From assembly GCA_025594325.1 (NCBI GenBank), contig JANHCV010000004.1, positions 558,001 to 622,000 of the forward strand: 64,000 nt of DNA, in the 5' to 3' direction. A model generated the notes under the pieces. The model worked only from the letters and a program-made list of their open reading frames with translations. It was not told the origin of the DNA and did not search any database. Position numbers and translations under genes: made by a program. This document shows, piece after piece, positions 45,561 to 57,800 of the stretch. Within the stretch, counting starts at the first letter, position 1; each line of letters opens with the position of its first letter. Origin of the DNA: Blastocladiella emersonii ATCC 22665 (lineage: Eukaryota; Fungi; Blastocladiomycota).

Positions 45561-46422
45561 ATCGCGGACCGGCTGGGGATCGGGTTCGAGTTGCTGTCGG
45601 CCGGCATGGCCGACGTCGAGTTTGCCCTGCCCCAGCCGGGCGAGTACCTGGAGATGCAGCGGTTGAAAACGGCCTGACCACCGCCGTCTGTGTGGTGGCC
45701 AAGGGTGGGGTGTGAGGTGGAGAGCGAGGGCGTGGCAAGTGGTGCTGTACCTCGCGGGCGGCGCCGTGCTCGTTCTCCTTCCCCTCCCCATCCTCGGCCG
45801 CGGTCGGGCCCAACTCGGACAACCGCTGCGCTGTGCCCCCCTCCCTTCCTCTTTGTCCATGATCAAACTCCTCGTCTCGCCGCTCCCGCTGTCACACACT
45901 CCTCGCTCTCCTCTCCCTGTCTTGTCTGTTCATCTGTCCCCCCCCCCTCGTCGATACCTCTCTCCCTCGAACCGTGTTTTCTCATTCGCAGATTGCTGGT
46001 TCAGATCATCCCCGCTCCCCTGCGCATGTGTTGCGTGGGCAGCCAGCCCCTCGACGTCGACGACGTACGTGCTTCTCGTTCCACTCGCTGTGTGCGCCGC
46101 GCTTACTCGACCGTACTTCAGAGATAGACGAGAGCGACTGCGTGTGAGGCGATCGGGGGCGACGATAGCGACGAGGAGTCGGGCACAGCCCAGTACTCGC
46201 CAGCTCGGACCTCTTGCGCGCACTTTCCGCGTCTTTCTTTCTTCTCTCTTCCCTTTGCGTTTCCCTTCCCTGTTGTTTGATAATTGATCCTCTCGTTTTC
46301 ACACTCCGTCGTCGTTCGTGCCGAGAATCCCGAAGACGCGTTGCGCCACACCGATCTCCCGCGGCTTTGAAAACCGAGGACCGCCCCCGCCCACCGCACT
46401 CGCTCTCTCCGCCCGCCGACTC

Positions 46423-47382
46423 ATGAATCAATCTATGCATCCCGCCCCACCGCCGCCTTCGCCCTCTCAAGGCCTAGACGTCCTGCTCCTCGGCTGGGCC
46501 GACGGCTCGCTCGCGCACCTGGCCAAGTACAAGGCGCTGTACCCTCCCGAGGGCGACGGGCCCAAGGACACGGCGTTCCACCTCGAGACGTCGCGCACCG
46601 CGGACGTGCGCACCGAGCCGCTCGATCTCGGCCGCGCGCGCCGCGCGAAGCTGCACGCGTTTCTGCGCGAGCGCGGGCACATTGTCAAGGACGGCGAGAT
46701 CCCGACCGGGGGAAAGCGGCGCCGCCCGCTCGTCGTGCACGTCTTCTCGAACGGCGGCGTACAGACACTCAGCTCGGTCCTCGCGCTCGCCGAGTCGCGC
46801 GGCGAGCGGGTCCTCCCCGCGTCGCTCCTGATCGTCGACTCGGCGCCGACCACGACCGCGGGCAAGTCGCTTTGGGCGGGCGCCGACCTGTTCGCGCTTC
46901 CGCTCGGTTTAGGGGGAGCGGGGCACGCCGTTGTGCGCGGCGCGCTGTACCTCGCTCTCGTCGCCCACCACACGCTGTTCGCGCGGGTGCTGGGGTACCG
47001 TCCCCTCATGAACCGGAACCGCGATATGCTCCAGTACCACCCGGCGCTGGTGGGTGCGAGCAAGCTGTTCCTGTACTCGGCGACGGACCGGTTTATCAAT
47101 GCCGAGCATCTCGAGTGGCTGCTCGACCGGATGCGCAGGCAGGTCCAGGCGGACGCCGGTGGGGACGCGTTTGCCACGGTCACGGAGCACTCGGCCGCGC
47201 AGACGGTTTCGGTGAGTCGGCCCGCGCTCGACAAGGGCCCGGCGGTGGTGCCCGAGAAGAAGGAGGAGGTCGGGCGCATCGTCGCCGTCAAGTTCCCGCT
47301 CGGGTCGGCGCACGTCGCGCACTTTCGCCAGTACCCGCGCGAGTACGCGGCCGCGGTGCACGGGATGCTGGCCAAGCTGTGA
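46423..47382 (+). CDS. DUF829/TMEM53-family alpha/beta-hydrolase-fold protein
   Basis: LLGWADG..HL.KY..LY, VHVFSNGG, IVDSAP, LFLYS.TD..I, F..SAHVAH.R.YP.EY..AV. Confidence 0.88.
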   Translation: MNQSMHPAPPPPSPSQGLDVLLLGWADGSLAHLAKYKALYPPEGDGPKDTAFHLETSRTADVRTEPLDLGRARRAKLHAFLRERGHIVKDGEIPTGGKRRRPLVVHVFSNGGVQTLSSVLALAESRGERVLPASLLIVDSAPTTTAGKSLWAGADLFALPLGLGGAGHAVVRGALYLALVAHHTLFARVLGYRPLMNRNRDMLQYHPALVGASKLFLYSATDRFINAEHLEWLLDRMRRQVQADAGGDAFATVTEHSAAQTVSVSRPALDKGPAVVPEKKEEVGRIVAVKFPLGSAHVAHFRQYPREYAAAVHGMLAKL

Positions 47383-47409
47383 TACATGTATATGTAACTC
47401 TTGCCCTCT

Positions 47410-49341
47410 TCACACGGCATCGTGAAACTCGTGGCCCTCCTCTTCATCGACCTCCATCCCGTCCTCGTCGCGGTGCGTGAAATCGTACTCGACGACGGCC
47501 GACGCAAAGTCGCTCGCGACCAGCGACGTGCCGTCGAACCGCAGCGAGTGCAGGCCGCCCGCGTGGTGCTCGCTCAGCGTGTACAGCGCCTGCCGCGCCG
47601 ACGTCAGGTCCCACACTTTGATCGTCTTGTCGACGCTGCCCGAGATGATCTACACACCGCATGGTTAGAGATCGGCCCAGGGGTTCGCTGCTCGGTTGAC
47701 AGCGTACCTTGTGCTGGTCGACCTGCAGACACACGACGGCGGCGGTATGCCCCTCGAGCGTGCGCAGCAGCTTCCCGTCGCCCGCCCGCCACACCTTGAT
47801 GCTGCAGTCGCCCGACCCGCTGACAACCACCCCATCCCCATCACCCCCCGATGCGAGCGCAAGACTGAACACCTCCCCACGATGCCCGCGCATCACCACC
47901 GGCGGCGCCCTCGCATCCCGGACCCGCCACACCCGCACGCCGCCGTCCGCCGCGCCCGCCACGAGCACGTCGCGCACGCGGTCCATGGCGAGACTGCACA
48001 CGGCCGCGCCGCCGGTATGCACGACGCGCACGACCGCGCCCGTCGCGAGATCCCACACGACCACGCCGCCGGCCTCGTCGCCCGCCGCGACCCATGTGTC
48101 GTCGCACGCTACGACGCCGACCTCGCGCGCGTCTGGGACGACGAGGCGGCGGACGAGATGATGGGGAGAGGTTTTGGGCCACACCGAGACGGAGCCGTCG
48201 GCAGAGCCCGTCACGATGTACAGGCGGGAGAACTTGACCGTGGTCGTCGCTGCCGCCGGCTGTCCAGCTCCGCCGTTCGGCGCGGGTGGCGTCGGGAGCG
48301 CCGGGTCCGAAAGACTCCACACGCGGCTCCCCTCGTGCGGCGAGAACGACGCAACGAGCCGTTCGGCGAGGTCAAAGTCGCCGTGCAGACACCCCGGACG
48401 GCGGACCACCGTAGCGACGCGGTGCCGGCCGTGCTTCCAGTTCAGGTGCGTCAGGTACCCGCGCCGGAACTCGGCCTGCCACGCGCCCGGGCGCACGGAC
48501 GGTGGGATCCGCGACGACGGGGAGGTGGCGGAGCGCGAGAGGTGGTCTTTGGCGACGGCCGACATGGCGGCGTGGTGGTGGTGGTGCGAGGTCGGTGCGG
48601 ACAGGGACAGCGGCGAGGTGCGCGACGAGATTCCCGAGTCGTGCCGCGCCACGGCCGGCGGCTTGGTCGGAGAGTGGACAACGTGCCGCGTCAGCGGCCC
48701 GAACCCCGTCGCGCGGTGCCGCTCGACGAGGTGCCGCCACAGGACGTTGTCGCGGACCATGTGCGCGAACCGGATGTTGACGCGCGCGGCGGCCGCGAGC
48801 GACGGCGCGTCGAGCCGCGCGAGCACCTTGAGCAAGATCTCTTGCGGCAGGTCTTCGAGCACCGGGCGCGGGTTCGGGATTGCTGTCTTGCAGGTGCAAG
48901 TGCACGCGCAGGAGGAAGTCGGTGGAGCGGCTAGAGCGATCGGAACGGTGAGAACCTGGCTTGAACGTGTTCAGTAACACCCGTACCGAGCGGCGACACC
49001 CCGATACCATCATCCTCGTCGAGATCCATGGCAAACACGCCGTCGGGACTCGCCGCCCGCGGCGAAGTTGCACGACGCTTTCCGTCCGAGATCTGCCGCG
49101 CGAGCTGGATCTCGGCCTCGGACAGGTGCGGCATGAGCGCCGCGAGCAGCTCGACGCGGCGCTCGAGCGACAGGTGCGCGAGGACCTGCGGCAGCGAGTG
49201 CGGGAGGTGCTCGTCGCCGCCGCCGCCGCCGTGGTCCGCGCTGCTCACATGGCCCGAGTCGGGCGTCCCGCGCTTCTCAGAGCGCGCCGGGATCGCGATG
49301 TGCGGCGTGGCCGCGGGCAGGGCACGGCGGGGGTGGTCCAT
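47410..49341 (-). CDS. F-box/WD40-repeat protein (Cdc4/Met30/beta-TrCP-like)
   Basis: LEDLPQEILLKVLARLD..L...V...F..MV.DN.LWR F-box; repeated GH..V..L...VVSGS.D..IKVW WD40 units; introns. Confidence 0.87.
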
Positions 49342-49609
49342 TGCAGTGTGTGTGTGTGTGTGAGGAGAGCGCGGGTTGTGATCGTAGCGGTAGAGGGCTT
49401 ATCGCACGGGCGGGTATCGCGTCACGATGCCGCCGCAGTGGGGGCACGCGAGGCTCACTTCACGTGACGGCCGGGATACATTGTCTCCCGGTCAGTCGGT
49501 CCCCGCTCGCTCGCGCCCTCGAATAAACCGCGATCAAAAACACTCCCTCTGCGCTCTCTCCGCCCTCGAGTTAGACAACTCGAAGAACACCGACCACACG
49601 CATACTCGA

Positions 49610-52075
49610 ATGGACCTGACCCGAACCGCCTCGCCGACCGCCGCCGCGGTGCACCACCCGGCCGCGGCCGAGGACACGCCCAAGCTGCGCCGCCGCACCA
49701 CCTCGTCGTCGCGCAGCGCCAGTCCGCGCGCCCGCTCGATCAAGTTCTCGGACGCCCCGAGCGATGCCGCGGCCGCCGCCCCGGCGCCCGCGGGCGTGCC
49801 CGACAGCGGCCTGATCCACGCCACGGTCCGCCGCACGCTGCTAGAGAAGCCGGCCGACCAGCCCACGCCGCAGCAGCAGCAGACCCTCGAGGAGCCGCTC
49901 GCGTCCGCGATCCTCAGCGACCTGGCCTCGATCCGCGTCTCGCACAAGGCCAAGGCGCGTAACCGCAACGACCCGTATGCCGAGTACTCGTCGTCCTCGT
50001 CGTCGTCGTCTTCCGAGTCCGACGACGAGAACGACGACTCACGCGGCAACGGCGGCTACGCCGCGCCCTCCCTCGGCCTTAAGATCGACACGGCGCACAT
50101 CCCGCAGTACCCCCCGGCGCGGCACCACCCGTCGGCCGCGCGTCCCGCCTCGGGTCCCGTGCCCGCACCGCAACAGGTCCGCGTGCACTCGGGCTCGGTC
50201 GCGGTGCCCGTCCAGGTGCACGTCGCGCAGACCCCGCCGCTCGCCGCCCCCGAACACGCGATCCTGTACTCGGACGAGGGCGACGAGGAGGACGATAACA
50301 TGCCGCTGTCGCAGCTCCGCAACCCCGTCAACGTCGGGCCGCCGCGCGGGCCGCCGCGCAGTCCGACCGCGCAGGCGCAGGCGCAGGGCGGGACGGTCCC
50401 GCGCAGTGGCGCCGGCACGATCCAGCGCGCGGTCCCGCCGGCCCCGCAGCAGGCGCAGGAGGTGATGATGCCCAACTACGCGCTCGACTCGCCGGACGTC
50501 CCGCTGATCCACCAGATCGCCGCGAACCGCGCTGCCGCCGCCTCCGGCACCTCGAAGCCCGTCCAGCCTTCCTCCGTCAAGACCGCGACCACGTCCTCTC
50601 CCTCCGCCACCTCGACCAAGTCGTCAGGCGCGCCCGAGGTCCCGCCCGACACCCCCGTGCACGGGACCCTCCTGTCGCCGTCGCGGTACAAGACCGAGGT
50701 CAAGGCGCAGCAGAAAATGTACTCGCTCCCGCTCGGCCCGCCGTCGCCCGTGTCGCCCGGGCTCAACGCCGTCGAGGCCGAGATCGCGTCGGCCAACCAG
50801 GTCGATACCCCCGCGTCCGATAACGTTCCGCTCAGTATGGTTCCGGGCGGCCACGGCCACGGTCCCGCGGGTGCGGCGGCGGCCGCGATGGCCGCCCAGA
50901 TGGCGGCGATGGGGATGGCTGGGATGGCCGGCATGTACGGCGGCGGGATGAACCCGGCGGCCGCGCAGATGATGATGATGGGCCAGCTCATGGGCATGGG
51001 CATGGGTGGGATGGGCGGCGGCGGCGGCGTCCCGCCCCACATGGCCGCCATGTACGCCATGAACCCGTACCTCGCGGCCATGCACGGCGCCGCCGCGAAC
51101 CCGATGATGATGGGCGGCGGGCAGGGCATGTACGGCGCGCCCATGGGGTTCCCGCCGCAGATGCAGCATCAGCAGGCCGCGCAGGGCGAGGACAAGAAGA
51201 AGAAGTCCTCGTCGTCCAAGAAGTCCAAGTCGTCCTCGTCATCCAAGAAGTCGGCGTCGAAGAAACGCTCCTCGTCCAAGCACCGCGACGCCGACTCCGC
51301 TTCTTCCTCCTCGAGCGCCGCGTCGAGCGACCACGGCTCAGCCTCCGAGTCCGACTCGGACGACGAGCGCTCGTCGTCCAAGCACCACCGCCGCAGCAAG
51401 CGCGGGTCGAGCAAGGACCGCAGCCGTACCCGTCGCAGCCGTCACCGCGACCGCCGCGGTTCCTCCTCCTCGTCGGACGACTCGCGCTCGGGCTCGGCGT
51501 CGGGCTCGGACAGCGCGAGCGACAGCGGGTCGGACCGCCGTGGCCGGAGCACCAGCCGCAGCCGCTCTCGCTCGCGGTCGCGCGAGGCCGAGGGCGCATT
51601 CAAGTCCAAGTCGAAGTCCCGCTCGCGCGACGGCAGCAGCTCGCGGCGCCGGTCGAGCTCCGCGGCCTCGGGCCCCGCCGACCGCAACGTGCGTGACTCG
51701 GACCCCGGCGCGCTGGCCGACGACGAGCGCAAGCCGGCTTTGGCTTCGCGCACGGCATCCCCCGCGCCGCATAGCCGGACGCGCACCGTTTCTCCCGCGA
51801 CGCCGAGCGGCAAGACGACGAGCACGCCGCAGTCGGGCCGCCCCGGGGTGCCGCACGCGGGCGACGGGTGGGGCAAGGCGCTGGGGTCGCCCGGGTCGGT
51901 GCGCGCGTCGCCCGACTCGCTGACACGCATGGCGATGAAGTTCCCGCGGGGGAAGGGCAAGGGCGGCGACGAGCAGCCCAAGTCGCCGGTCCGCGCGAGT
52001 CTCAGCGGGAGTGAGCTCGTCAAGAGCCGGATCTCCTCGATTGATGAGTTCCACGCGGCCAAGAAGCACGATTGA
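49610..52075 (+). CDS. Intrinsically disordered Pro/Ser/Met/Gly/Arg-rich protein
   Basis: Long single ORF with GC3 bias; Met-Gly-rich and RS-rich blocks; three D.[VM]PL motifs. No folded domain recognised. Confidence 0.7.
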   Translation: MDLTRTASPTAAAVHHPAAAEDTPKLRRRTTSSSRSASPRARSIKFSDAPSDAAAAAPAPAGVPDSGLIHATVRRTLLEKPADQPTPQQQQTLEEPLASAILSDLASIRVSHKAKARNRNDPYAEYSSSSSSSSSESDDENDDSRGNGGYAAPSLGLKIDTAHIPQYPPARHHPSAARPASGPVPAPQQVRVHSGSVAVPVQVHVAQTPPLAAPEHAILYSDEGDEEDDNMPLSQLRNPVNVGPPRGPPRSPTAQAQAQGGTVPRSGAGTIQRAVPPAPQQAQEVMMPNYALDSPDVPLIHQIAANRAAAASGTSKPVQPSSVKTATTSSPSATSTKSSGAPEVPPDTPVHGTLLSPSRYKTEVKAQQKMYSLPLGPPSPVSPGLNAVEAEIASANQVDTPASDNVPLSMVPGGHGHGPAGAAAAAMAAQMAAMGMAGMAGMYGGGMNPAAAQMMMMGQLMGMGMGGMGGGGGVPPHMAAMYAMNPYLAAMHGAAANPMMMGGGQGMYGAPMGFPPQMQHQQAAQGEDKKKKSSSSKKSKSSSSSKKSASKKRSSSKHRDADSASSSSSAASSDHGSASESDSDDERSSSKHHRRSKRGSSKDRSRTRRSRHRDRRGSSSSSDDSRSGSASGSDSASDSGSDRRGRSTSRSRSRSRSREAEGAFKSKSKSRSRDGSSSRRRSSSAASGPADRNVRDSDPGALADDERKPALASRTASPAPHSRTRTVSPATPSGKTTSTPQSGRPGVPHAGDGWGKALGSPGSVRASPDSLTRMAMKFPRGKGKGGDEQPKSPVRASLSGSELVKSRISSIDEFHAAKKHD

Positions 52076-52189
52076 GGGGGCAATGGTGATGTGGTCGATG
52101 ATGTTGTTGCGGAAGTAAGCAGTGCGAGGTCAAAAACAGGATTCAGTATCAAAAAACGAAAGGACCGACAGACTCTCTCTCTCCCGCAA

Positions 52190-54560
52190 TCACCACAGCG
52201 TGCACCGCGGGTGTGTCGCGGTGCGCGGGCACGCCAGGCGGGTGTGGAACTCGGGCGAGTTCTGCAGCGACCCGTTGATGCGCCACTTGCTGGGCGCGTG
52301 GACGGCCTTGAGCAGGCTGGCCTTCTCGGCGGCCGCGTCAAAGTGCACGCACCACACGGTCGCCAGGTACGTGAAGAAGACCTGGCCCGGGTCGAGCGGC
52401 GACCCGGGCTCGCGCGGGTCCTCGACGGGGATCGTCGGCAGGTAGTCCTTGCTGCTCGCCAGCGACGTGACCAGGCGCACCGCGATGTTGTCGGCAATGT
52501 TCTCGGCCCTACAACCTCGAGAAGTGAGTGGTGGCCAAGGCGGGATGGGGTTGGTGGAGAGCGCACTTGGTCAGCTTCGGGTTCATCGGCAGGCCGTGGA
52601 CCGTGTACTGCGCGTACTGGTCCTCGTAGCACTTGCTGCGCTTCGAGAAGGTGGCGCAGTCGGCGGGCTCCCACCAGTCCTTGAGGTTGCCGTTCCAGTC
52701 GTAGTGGCGGCCGCGCGAGTCGAGCGCGTGCGTCTACGTGATCGTCGATGGCCATGGTCAGTCGATGGCTATGAACACGCGGCCCATGCAAACGTACGAA
52801 TTCGTGGGCAATGATCATGCCGATCCCCGCGAGCTTGATCGGGAACGGGTAGTCGACGTGGTAGACGGGCGGGTGCAGAATGCCGAACGGGATCGAAATG
52901 CGGTTGTTGGACTGCGAGTAGAAGGCGTTGACGATCATGGGCGATTGCCTACATCCCGCCCATCCGCGTCAGTTCCCGCCACCAACCTCTCGTCGGAAAG
53001 AAAACGTACGTGAACTGGCGGTCGTTGGGCCGGCCGAGCTTGCGGTCGAGCTTTCCGAGATTAAGCTTGCGGAACTGCCAGAGCGTCTCCTCCCAGGTCG
53101 GCTGGACCTCGTACCCGCGGTAGTACCGCATGACCTTGGCCTCGCTCAAGATCCACGCCTCGGCGCCGATCATGTGGCGGACGCTCCGCATCTTGCGCGT
53201 GGTGCGGGCGATCATGGTGCGCGACATCCACTTGTTCCGCGCGAGCAGGCGCAGGTACGCGTTCTGGATGCGCAGGACGAGCAGGCGCACGTCGCGCTGG
53301 ACGCGGCGCATCTCGGCGACCGTCGGGTAGTGGTCGCGCAGCTGGACGTGCGCGGCGAGGTACGGGACCAGGTTGTTGATGCTGGTCATGCAGTAGTCGT
53401 CGCGCGGCGGCCGCCGGATGTGTAGGGCCGCGTCGCGGAACGTGTGCACGGGGGAGTACTCGAACGCCGGCAGGATCGCCTGCAGCTGCGCGGTCAAAAA
53501 GTAGGCGCGCAGGACGCGCGTCGGCGTCGCGCGCAGCAGCGCGGGCAGCGCGCGGAAGTATGGCGGCGCGTTGAGGATCACCGGGTACTTGTTCGGGAAC
53601 GGGAACAGCGCCGACCGGCCGTGGTACCGCGCGGGCAGGTCCGGGTTGCGCAGCGTGATCGGGTCGAGGCTGATGCGCGCGAGCGCCTCCTCGAAGGCCA
53701 CGATCTCCTCGGCGATCGCGCCGTCGATCTCAAAGTCGGCAATGAGCGACCGCAGGAGCGCCAGCAGGTGCGCGCGCTGCTCGGCGACCGCATACGACTT
53801 CTTGTTGGCGAGCGACAGCCCGCCCTGGACGATCCACCGGACCATCTCGGACGACTTCTGGTTGTTGGCGTCGACGGTCGTCGCGTACAGGAAGTGCGCG
53901 CCGAGGAACGTGCTCTCGCGGACGGCCTGCGCGAGCCCGCGCGGCGTGTCGAGGCGCAGCCGCTTCCACCGCGCAACGTGCGACCACAGGAACGGCGACC
54001 GCGGGCTCGGGTGCGCGCCCGACCGGCACTGCCGGTACATGTCGTGCACGAGCGCGAGCGACGGCGACGGCGCGTCCCCCGCGCGGAACGACTCGCGCGG
54101 CGACTGTAGCAGCGACAGGAACGCGTCGCGGTGCATGTCGCGCATCCACGCCAGCACGCCGAACCGGGTCACTACATGCGGTCGCTCGTTAGCGCACGCG
54201 CGGGAAGGCATACAGCGAGGGCGAGCGCGTACGGTGGTCGGGCTTCTTGACCAGCTCGCGCCACCCGCGGCACACGGACTCGTGGAAGTCGCCGCAGACG
54301 GTGGGCCGGTGCGCCGACACGTTGGACGCGGCGAGGATCTTGGACACGAGCTCGCCGGCCTCGAGGCTGCCGCGGTTCGCGCGCAGCAGCTGCGGGTCGG
54401 CGCGCGCCATGGCCACGAGCGACTTGCGCGGCGTCCACAGCGAGTCGGTGCTGCTGCTGCCATGCGCGGTGACGACGAGGGCCAGGAGCAGCAGGAGGAG
54501 CGCGAGGCCGGCGGCGGCAGCGCGGGCGCGGAGGGGCCGGCAGCGCGGCGGTGGCGCCAT
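52190..54560 (-). CDS. M13 (neprilysin/ECE-like) zinc metalloendopeptidase
   Basis: N-terminal hydrophobic anchor; VCGDFHESVC.GW; VNAFY; IGMIIAHEF|THALD (HExxH across an intron); ENIADN; HAPSKWRINGSLQNSPEF...CP. Confidence 0.92.
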
Positions 54561-54816
54561 TACGGAAGTCGGGTCCGGGTTCGAGGAGCGGGACTGAGTG
54601 CGCCCCCGGAGTGTTGCATGGACCGAGGGGGAGGGAGGGTGGGGCGAAAAGCGAGGAGCGGCGAGGCGAGGGCGGCGGATCGGCGCGGTGGGAAACGGGG
54701 GAACGCGTCTCGCATCTGACGCGTCTCTCACCGCGCGCCCCACGTGCGGGTGAACATCGCGCAAATTCATTCAAGTGAAATCTATAATATCGTGTACAAA
54801 AATACCCTCCAACCCC

Positions 54817-57800
54817 TCAAGCCATGTGGAACACGTACAGCGACGGGAGCACGCCCTTGAGGAACGCGTCGCGGATCTTGCTGCGCTGCTTCTCGAGCAG
54901 CCGCGACTTGGCGAGCATGCCGTGCTCAAGGAAAACGATCGTGTCAACGACCAGCGCGTGGTGCGCGTACACGGTGAGGCAGATCACGGGGATCGCACTG
55001 AGCACCGCGCGCGACGCCATGGCCAGCGTGTCGACCTCGACCACCACCACGAGCGCGGGGTCGCCGCCCTGCTTCGCGGGAGGCACCACGAACGCCGCCG
55101 CCGACTCGGCGCCCAGCAGCGGGTGTGCCGCCTCGACCGTCGCCTCGATGTCCGCCGCAAAGTACAGCTGCGCGCCCACGCGGAACGTGTCGGCGACGCG
55201 GCCCAAAGGGTACACGGCGCCGCGGTGCAGGAACCCGTACTCGCCCGTGCGGTAGAACGGCGCCGCGTACCCCGGCAGCATCGCCAGGACATGCGTATGC
55301 TCGCCCGTCGTCGACAACCCGGACAGGTTCGGGTTCACGATCCCCTCGACGTTCATGGGCCCGTGCACCCACAGCTCGCCGAGCTGGTTGCCCGCGACGG
55401 GGCGGCCCGCGACCGGGTCGACGACGACCACCGTCGTGCCCGGCAGCGGGTACCCCGCGGGCACCACCGACACGTGCTGCCCGAGCACCGGCTTGCCGCT
55501 CGCCAGCTTCTTGGAGCGGACCACCTCGATGAACCCGGACCGCAGCGCTGGCAGGGACAGCGTCACGGGGCTCGGCGCCTCCTTGGCCGCGGCGACCGCC
55601 GCGCCCTCGTCCGCCGCGGCCGCGTGCTTGGACGACCCGTTCGTCCCCGTGATCATGGCGTTCCCCGGCCGGCCGAGCGTGGGCGTGAGCGCGGGCACGC
55701 GGACGGGCCACGCGGACATGCGCTCCTGGGCGACGACGAGGTGGCGCGCGGACGCGAGGTGCTGGGCCACCGCCTCAGGCGCGAGCCCGGCCTGGTCCAT
55801 GGCGTACTCGAGCATCGGCCACGTCAAGAACGTGTCGCGGACGCCGTGGAGCGCGATCACGTCGAACAGCAGGCGCGGGTGCTCGGAGAAGAGCTGCGGG
55901 GCGAGGAGCAGCGTCGGCGCGCCCGTGAACACGCCGCACGCGACCGTGAACAGGAACCCGAGCCCGTTGTAGGTGCGGACGCTGGCGAGCAGCGGCGCGC
56001 TGCCCGACAGCCGCAGGTGGTGCGCGACGAGCTGGCAGTGCTCGAGCAGCCGCGCGTGCGACACCTTGACGACGGTCCGGTGCATGTCCGGGTCAAAGTG
56101 CGCGTGCAGGATCGCGGGCACGTCGCGGTTCGTGATGTACACGTCGTCGAGCCGCAGGCCGTCGGCGCCCAGCACTTTGGTCGATTTCGGGATCTTGCTC
56201 GTGTTGTGCAGCGACGGCAGGCCGTAGGCCGCGGCGGCCGCGTCGTCGCCCCCCGGGTGCGCGAGCTGCTGCTGCGCGCGCTTGACGGCGGCCTGGAACG
56301 GCTTGCTGCGCAGCATGTCCTCGGCGGGCCCGTTGCACAGGATCGCCTGGGTGTTGAAGTCGGCGCACAGCGACAGCAGCGCCGGCACGTCCTCCTGCAG
56401 CCGGTACGCGTCCGGGATCGGGACCGGGATCGCCACGATCCCCGAGTAGATGCACGCGTGGCACGCCACCACGTAGTCGAGCGAGTGCGAGTACATGAGC
56501 ACGACGTGGTCGCCCGCGCGCACGCCCTTCTTCGACAGGATCGACGCCAGCGCCGACACCTTGTTGGCGAGCTTGCGCCACGAGTACGTCTTGGCCTCCC
56601 CACCCGCCGCGTCCACGACCACGTACGCGTCCTTGTCGCCCGTCTTGTCGGCGCGGAACAGCAGCATGTCCGACAGACTGCGGTACTTGAGCTCCGGCAT
56701 CCCGTGCGCGCGCGGCGTCGTCAGCACGTGCGCGTCGGCCACGGGCTGGTACACGGTCGCCGCCGTTTCCGGGGAGGCCGGCGCCGGCAGCGCGTGCGTG
56801 TGCACCGACACCCACGCGGGCGCGAGGTGCGGGATCGCCTTGAGCAGGAGCGCGGGGACGAGCCGCGCGTCGGGCCGCGTGCGCGGCAGCGCGCCGGGCG
56901 GGTAGCACAGCACCGTGAAGCACCGCAGGTGGTGGATCTCCTGCGCGAGCGTGAGCGCGGACGTCGCGACCGACGACAGCTCCTGCTCGGGGCGCGCCGT
57001 CTCGAGAACGAGAACGGGGAGGCACAGGCCGGCGTCGTTGGGCGCCGCGAGCACCGCGCACGCGTCGATGCCCTTGATCAGCGCCTGCACCGACCCGGCC
57101 ACGTCCATTGGGTAGTGCGCGAGCCCCGTGGTCGGGTCCTCGACCACGTCGGCCACGCGGCCCAGGACTACCAGCACGTTGCCGTCGACGAGGCACCCGA
57201 GGTACCCCGTGCGCACGAACGTGTTGGCCGACTGGCTCATGGTCTCGTCGTCGTTGATGATCAGCGGGCGCTGGTGGAACGTGTTCTGCGTGGCGCTCGG
57301 CGCGCTCAGGAAGCTCGACCCGGCGGCGACGGCCGCCGTTGCCACGTAGATCTCGCCCGGCGTGTTGGGCGGCATGAGGACGCGCGGGGCGGTGCGCGAC
57401 ACGATGGCGATGGACGCGGTCGGGCACGGCAACCCCGAACTGCACACGGGGATGGCGCCGGGCGGGCACCCGACGGCGCCCGGCTTGCCCTCGATCAGCA
57501 CGACGCGGCCCTGGTGCAGGCTGGCGCGGTCCATGAGCATCTCGGCGACCTCGGACTCCTCAATGACGGCCGAGTCGGCGAGGCAGTCGCGGAACGCGAG
57601 CACCAGGCCGCCGAGCTCGGGCAGCGCGGCGGTCGGCGAGAACACGGTGCGCGCCTGGTGCGGCGTGAGGTGCGGGCCGATCTTGGCGCGCGCCGCCAGC
57701 AGCGTCGCGGGCCGCAGCACGGGCTCGTCGATCAGGACCAGCCGCAGGCGCGCAAGCTCGCTCGGGTTCGGCGGGCCCGCGGCCGCGGTGCCCTGGATGC

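Noticed and set aside
49344-49362. (GT)n, poly-CAG (about 36349) and 9-bp repeats (about 11092, about 59946)
   Set aside because: Ordinary short microsatellites with no further structure.
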